A stretch of 64,000 nucleotides of DNA from Amoebidium appalachense. Taxonomy: Eukaryota; Protista; Ichthyosporea. Position 1 is the stretch's first letter, and the number at the start of each line of letters is the position of its first letter. The translations under genes and the position numbers were made by a program. The stretch spans positions 3,488,907 to 3,552,906 of the forward strand of contig CAVNZM010000001.1 of NCBI GenBank assembly GCA_963693365.1, given 5' to 3'. Below, piece by piece: positions 56,581 through 64,000 of the stretch. A model generated the notes under the pieces. It was not told the origin of the DNA, made no database searches, and was given only the letters and a program-made list of their open reading frames with translations.

Positions 56581-56978
56581 GTATGCACACACGGTTTGGT
56601 AGGTTTTTGCTCTTTCGTGCAGTCATTCATGTACGACCAGAGTCACACGGGCACTAAACTTCTTACACTGCTCATTTGTGCAGGTGTGCCAGAACAATAG
56701 AACAATCGCACCAGCATTCAAAACAGCTGCTGCAGCAGCAAGCTTTTCTGCAGCCAATCATACACAGACGCCTATACTAGTTGTGTGGGTGGGTGTTGCC
56801 CCCCCCCCCCCCCCCCTCCCCCCTCCTTTCCTGCTCTCCTCACGCCTTACTTCTCCACCCCCCCCCCCCTCTCTTCTCTCCCTCTCTCTCTCCCTCTCCC
56901 TCTTCGTCTCCCTCTCTTTCCCTCTCCCTTCCTCTCTCTCACTCTCTCTCTCTCGCTCCCTCTCCCTCTCTCTCTCCG

Positions 56979-57012
<34 letters not shown>

Positions 57013-57062
57013 CTCTCTCGCTCTACTGTAGCTCTCACCTTCTCAGTCTCCTTTTCTCTCTC

Positions 57063-57164
<102 letters not shown>

Positions 57165-58195
57165 CCACCCCCCCTCTAGAGAGTCTCTCTCTTTCTCTCT
57201 CTCCACTTCTTTTTTTTCTCTCTCACACCGTCCCCCTCTTTCCCTCCCTCCCTTTCCGTTCCTCCCTCCCTTCATCCCCTCCTTCTCCCCTTCCTTCTTC
57301 TTTTCCTCTCTCCCTCCCTCTCTCCCCTTCTCTCCCTTGCTCCCTCCTCTCCCTCCCTCCCTCCCTCCCTCCCTCCCTCCCTCCCACTCTCCGTGTCTCT
57401 CTCATTCCCTCTCTATCTCTCTCTCATTTTTCAACCTCCTCCCTAGGGCTCACTTTTCCCCTTGCCCTCTCCTCATTTCCTCTCTTGCTCCTTCCTACCT
57501 CTTTCCCCTCTGTCCTTCCCCTCCTCCTCCCCCCCTCCCCCCCCCCCCCCCCCCCCCCTCCCTGTCTGTCTCTTTCTCTCTCAGATGATCTACCGACCTT
57601 CCCTCCCTCCCTCCCTTTTCCACTTAGCCCCCCTCCCCTCCCTCTCTCTCGCTCTCTATCTCTCGCTCTCCTCCCATCCCCCGCCAACTCTCTATTTTTC
57701 CTTCCCTCCCTTTTTCCTCCCTCCCTTCCTCTTCCACCCCCCCCCCCCCCCCCCTCTCTCTCTCTCCCTCTTTCTCTCTCTCCCCCTGTCCCTCCCTCCC
57801 CCCTGCATCCCCTCCCTGCCTCCGCTCCCTCTCTCTTTCTCTCTCTCTCTCTCAGAACACCTATAGACATAGATATGCAGGAAGTTGCATTCTTCTGGCA
57901 CCTTTCTTTTTGTAAATTTTTGGGGGGTGGGATGTTTTTAATATCCCCTCAAAGGGGGGAGGGTAAAGGGTGGACGGGGGCAACTGCAAATGTGTGTAAA
58001 TGTAGTTGTTGTCTGTTTATTGTCAAAAAGGAGGAAAAGGAAAGGAACTGGAAACTCGAAGGGGTTGGGGGGGGGGGGGGGGGGGGGTCGCCATTGTGGC
58101 ATACCCCCCCCCCCCCCCCCCCCCCCCCCGTCCCTCCTCCTCCCCTGCCCGGGGGAACTTTGGGAAGTGGGGAGGGGGGAAGGGGAGGGGGTAAA

Positions 58196-58235
<40 letters not shown>

Positions 58236-58522
58236 ACGGACGAGAAAGAGGGAGGGCGAGGTCGGGAACGAGTAGTGCGGTATCTGAAGATTCGAAAACA
58301 AAGACATTGGCAATGCTCGAATATCAGTTGGTATGTCTTCATCCTAGCCACTGAGATATTCAATAAAATTTCCAATTACATATCATTTTTCAAGCTAAAA
58401 AATAATGCATACTTGTGACCTAGCATATGCTTTCTCCAAACAGAACTTCCTGTCTTTTTAATACATAACTTTTAACACCCGGTCCTTTGCTATTTTTTAA
58501 TTTTTATATCTTTTTAATGCAG

Positions 58523-59588
58523 ATGGGTGAACCAGTGGTGCAACTAGTAGTTCGTCAGCAGAGCCATGAAATGTGGGCCTTCCTTAAATGCCACACAGTA
58601 AACGTGAACGCTACCGACCTGGTATGCCCCCGTTTCCCCCCCCCCCCTCCCCGCCCCGCCCCGCCCGCCCTTCCCTCCGTCTTTTCTTCTCCCCTTTCCA
58701 CTAATCTCCTCTCTCTTTTTATTTCTCTGCCACCCCCACCCCCTCCTCCCCGCCTCCCTCTCCTATCACTCTCTCTCGCACTCCCCCCCCTACCCCTCCC
58801 CTCGCCCCCCAGGTCGTCGCCTCTCCGCGCCTCCCTTCCCTGCCACACTCCCAATCCGATATTGTCCACTCTTGATATGGTCACTACATATTGTCTGGCC
58901 GACCCGGAACTCAGACACCTGACCCATATCAAGGTGTACCTAAACAAAGGTATTGAAACCCGACCCGAAAACGGGTAAACCGGTAACATACAGGAAATGC
59001 CCGTATTTTTTGCCCTAATGTGGCGATAGCGGTTTGTTCAATATGGTCATTCCAGCCTGTGCACATGACTAGATCTGGTGGTGGTGATAGTAACCCCCCC
59101 CCCCCCCCCCTCTTTTTTTTTTTTTTTTTTGGTATAGTTCCCTCCCCAACCAACCTTCCTCCACCACCTCTCCCTCTGCCCTTCCCCCCCCCCCCCCCCC
59201 CCCCCCAGGCAAAGTCCACACAAGCCAGAGCAGAACCACACATGCATAGGCACACACAGTGGCTCATATACATGTGCGCACACACAAATACACACACGTA
59301 CACACGCACACACGTACATGTACACACGCACACACACACACACATGAACACACACATGTACGCACACACACACATGCATACACGCACATCGTGACACACA
59401 TGTACACACACGTTCACACACACACACATGTACACACACACACACGTACACACACGTACACACGTACACAAACACTCGTACACACACAGTACGGTGTCAC
59501 TGCTCTGCACGTGTCTGCCAGTCTACCCGACAGTCACCTTTTAAAGGAACTACTGGACTATGGTGCACACGTAAACACTGAAGATCGG
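58523..59588 (+). CDS. Ankyrin-repeat protein, partial model (two 99-nt phase-0 exons: 58523-58621, 59490-59588)
   Basis: Both exons are AG/GT-bounded. They encode [33 protein letters not shown] and [33 protein letters not shown], and the second is a canonical ankyrin repeat. Possible upstream exons near 53.3, 54.85 and 56.7 kb are unverified. Confidence 0.75.
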
Positions 59589-59864
59589 GTATGATCATAC
59601 CCCTTGCTCCCCCAGCCCCCCCCCCCCCCCCCCCCCCCCCCCCCGACTGCCCGCCCTGCCTCCTCCTCCCCCCTGCTCCCCCTTATTCCCACACCCAAAA
59701 GCTTTATGGATACCAAGCCGGTATATATACGGGCGGTAGTACGCGCGCACACACAGTCACACACATACACAAACACACACACACACACACACACACACCA
59801 GAAGCAAGCGCAAGCATTAAAGCAAACGGCAGCACACAATGTACATGCAAGCGCGCGCGCGCGC

Positions 59865-59959
<95 letters not shown>

Positions 59960-60181
59960 GCAAGCGTAGAGTGGCATGTTAGGGAGTTTACTCCGAGCGG
60001 AACTAAAAAAGAGCCGAAAAGAAAAAAGAAAGGATTTATTGTTTTTGTTTCGGTGTTTGGGGGGGAGGTGGGGGGGGGAGGGGGCAGTAAGCACCTTCTT
60101 GGGATTGGCTTGAATCTTACCAAGCACTTTGTGCATGGGCTTTACCGTGATCCCCCAAAACATGTACACCCACACACACTA

Positions 60182-60242
<61 letters not shown>

Positions 60243-61316
60243 GAACGCATACACGCACATGTAGACACGGGCTTGCACTTTACGTAGACATGCACACACA
60301 CATGCATGCACACACACACACACACACACATACATACCGTGACGTATACACACGTACATATAACACACTCTTACACACACGGACACGTGGACACACACAC
60401 GCACACACACACACGACGCACATACACGCACACACACACGTACACAATAGCACACAAATACATACAAACACACGCACACACACACCAACTTTTTTGCACA
60501 GAGTTGACACCTACAACGTTGCCTGTGCATGTGCACAATTACGGTGTCTCCAGAAGCACTTTGCACGACCGCAGACGGCTGCAGCCTGCTACTTTGCCCA
60601 AAGAAGGGTGTGTTCCTGCCTCTTCGCATGCACACAGACAAGGCATATACTTAAATACTTGTGCACACACAAAGACCCACACACACGCACAGCAACCCCA
60701 TGCCCCCCCCCCCCCCCTCCCCGCCCTCTCCCCCTGCCCATTTTTTCTCCTGGGCACGAGTCCCTCCCCATCCCCAATATCCCTGTCCCCTCTCCCTCCT
60801 CACCCAATGGTCGCACTTCTATTGCCTATTCCCATACAACCCATGGCTCCCATAACCGCATCCCCCCCCCCCCCCCCCCCCCAAACACACACACACACAC
60901 ACACACCCTCCCTCCCCCCCCCCCCCCCCCCCCCCCCCGTATTAGTTTGATCCATATCCTGTTCTTCGCTCTCTTGTTGCTTGCTTGTGTCTGCATCATC
61001 TTTTTGCATCTCTCCCTCCCACCCCACACCTCCCCCCTCTCTATGCTCTCTCTCCCTTACACACACACACAGAGCGAGAGAGAGAGACATACACAGATAT
61101 TTGGTGTGTGCGTGCGTACATGTGTGCATGTGTGTGTACGTGTGTGTATGCGGCATCCGTGCGCCCATGCTCGTATTTGTGTATATATGCCTGTTTGTGC
61201 TCGTGTGTGTGTATTGATTGGCCAGTGCAGAAGAGCTGAAATTGATAACACAAGTACATGCAAACACACTCGCTCATATAGTCCACGTCAGCTTGCACGA
61301 ACACCCACATCGAAAT

Positions 61317-61379
<63 letters not shown>

Positions 61380-61468
61380 GGGCGCGCACACACACAGCAC
61401 ACAAATACACGCACACATACAATTACACACAAGCACGCGTGCGTGCATACACACACACACGCACACAT

Positions 61469-61520
<52 letters not shown>

Positions 61521-61622
61521 CGTGGCAACACACACGCATGCCCACCCGCGCACACATACACGCAACAGACACGCACACATGCACACACACACACTCGTAC
61601 TTTCACACACACACGTGCGCGT

Positions 61623-61679
<57 letters not shown>

Positions 61680-62009
61680 GACAGACACACAGATATGTGC
61701 CTGTCTGTTTATAAAGTGGTTTGGCTATTTTACAGCCTATTGTGAATATTTCATCCTGCCTCGGTGCAGATGCAAAACTTAGGTGGGAGACCGTAGCCTC
61801 TGTGAGGTAAAACGGGTTGCAAATAGAGACATGCTCATGTGAAGCATCTGCTACAATTACATTCTTACTATTCTTAAAAATCCTAAGTATGCACGTGCAC
61901 ATACCTTTGCCCCGCTCAGCGGCATAGAGCCGACACGTGCATACATATCAACCATCACCACTGGCCACGGGTGCACGGACCTCTGGGTGCGTACAGACGC
62001 ACACGCACA

Positions 62010-62047
<38 letters not shown>

Positions 62048-62331
62048 AACACCGTTGATACACACACGAGCTCGAGCACACAAGCACACACCTACACACA
62101 CACACACACAGGAACACACAAACACACGCGCGCACACACACCCTGACACACAGGCACAGGAACACCGTTGAAACACACACAAGCTCGCGCACACATGCAC
62201 ACACCTACACACCTACACACACACACAGGAACACACAAACACACGACCGCGCGCACACACACATACACACACAAACACACACATAAAGCATACGCATACA
62301 CACGTACACACACATACACACACACACAGGA

Positions 62332-62370
<39 letters not shown>

Positions 62371-62888
62371 TGTTGTGTGCGAGCATGTACGCAAGCGCAA
62401 ATTTCGCATGCATGGACACTCACACAGTGGCCTGCTGTAACATGAACACACAGGCACAAATTGGTGCCATTCCCACTGTCACAGACGCATATTATCATCA
62501 TGCCCGCACACTCCGGCCATTGTAAGTGTTTGCCAGCATGCATGTATGCTCGAAGTATACCCATGTGACACGTGTTGTACACGTACGTACACGTTTTTTG
62601 ATTGCATCAATATTCTCAGTAACAGTACACCACCGACACACCTGGCCTGCAGCAACTGAGTGATAAATATTCCCGACAGTCGGACATCATTCTAATAGTT
62701 GCCCATGCATGACCTTGGCAAAGGCAGGTCGACGCCAACCATACATAGGCTACCACTTGAGTCATAGCGAAACGGACACTGCGTGGGGACCCCAATGTAC
62801 CCGTTAGCACACAGATAACGTTCACGGCAGTACCACTAGTCTAGGAGAGTGGTGAATGTGAAAGCGGGTGGGGGCTGAGCCAGGAGGG

Positions 62889-62930
<42 letters not shown>

Positions 62931-63046
62931 AGAACCAAGATGGGCCGATTTATATATGTATACATGTAGTCACGTATGGGAAGGGGGGGGGGGGGGGGGG
63001 GGGGGGGGGGTCCGGGAAAGGAGGGCAGGGGCCGGGGAGTATGACG

Positions 63047-63431
63047 TAGAAATCTTTATTCGGACCAACTTCCTGATTGGCCCCCTCACTATATCAAATG
63101 CAACACCCAGAATAACATTCACAAATCTACGTAGACCATTCGAGTAGGGGGTTGCCATGCAAAGCCTCCTGGTGAGCTCCGAACGAGGAGCCGATTAATG
63201 GAGAAGAGGGGGAGGGTGGGAGGGAGGGGGAGGGGTGGGGGGAGGAGGGGGCGAGGGATTGTTTGGTACAATGGCGTGCAATCATGATGATTATGCAAAA
63301 AATATCATTGGGTTGGGGGGCGAGAAGAGGGGGGGGGGGGGGGGGGGGGAGAAGGGGATGATTGATAGTATTTGGGACCGGTTTTTTATAGTAGGCTCCA
63401 CCCAAAGAGGGATAGAGCCTCAGGGGCTCGG

Positions 63432-63468
<37 letters not shown>

Positions 63469-63749
63469 AGGAAATATTTATTCGGACCAACTTCCTGACT
63501 GCCCCCTCACTATATCAAATGCAACACCCAGAATAACATCCACAAATCTACGTAGACCGTTCGAGTAGGGGGTTGCCATTCAAAGCGTCCTGGTGAGCTC
63601 CGAACGAGGAGCCGAATAATGGAGAAGAGGGGGAGGGTGGGAGGGAGGGGGGAGGGGGTAGGGGGAGGAAGGGGCGAGGGATTGTTTGGTACAATGGCGT
63701 GCAATCATGATGATTATGCGAAAAACAACATTGGGTTGGGGGGCGAGAA

Positions 63750-63788
<39 letters not shown>

Positions 63789-63880
63789 GGGAGGGAGGGG
63801 ATGGATGATTGATAGTATTTGGGACCGGTTTTTTATAGTAGGCTCCACCCAAAGAGGGATAGAGCCTCAGGGGCTCGGCG
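63047..63880. repeat. Tandem duplication of a ~420-bp unit (two diverged copies, ~63047-63432 and ~63467-63880)
   Basis: TTTATTCGGACCAACTTCCTGA...GATAGAGCCTCAGGGGCTCGGCGG is present twice with few substitutions and variable G tracts. Confidence 0.92.
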
Positions 63881-63886
63881 GCGGGG

Positions 63887-63923
<37 letters not shown>

Positions 63924-64000
63924 TGAATATTGATTTTAATTAATATTGATTTGATGATGATCTTAAAGCCCAAGTATCCGAACCCCCTCCCCAGTTTCAA

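Noticed and set aside
54994-56700. Long His/Thr and Cys/Val ORFs (for example 568 aa, 707 aa and many others)
   Set aside because: They are translations of (CA)n/(GT)n and poly-G/C tracts, which lack stop codons, and are not genes.
60490-62850. Candidate downstream exons of the ankyrin gene
   Set aside because: Several AG/GT-bounded segments exist, but none gave a convincing in-phase peptide.

Overview
This is eukaryotic, intron-rich genomic DNA. It is probably a unicellular holozoan or similar opisthokont, inferred only from the animal-like plastin. Introns are filled with (CA)n/(GT)n and poly-G/C tracts, so nearly all long ORFs in the supplied track are microsatellite artefacts. I reconstructed three spliced minus-strand genes by hand, with all introns GT-AG and phase-consistent: a bacterial-type Cds1-like PLP-dependent cysteine desulfhydrase/synthase (11 exons, 430 aa), fimbrin/plastin (14 exons, 626 aa) and an ArsS-like radical SAM protein (13 exons, 407 aa). 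There are also two intronless genes (DUF7726-like; secreted Cys-rich), a partial ankyrin-repeat gene and several MITE/fold-back elements. The standout is a Ty1/copia retrotransposon (9869-15846). It has TGTTGG...CCAACA ends and an exact 5-bp TSD (TATGC) but no direct LTRs. Its left end is a perfect 154-bp inverted copy of the U5-like segment before the PBS. Its right end is a perfect 223-bp inverted copy of the U3-like segment after the PPT. The right-hand loop is a complete polyadenylated transcript copy of a TRIM-like mini-element that carries a second PBS and PPT.
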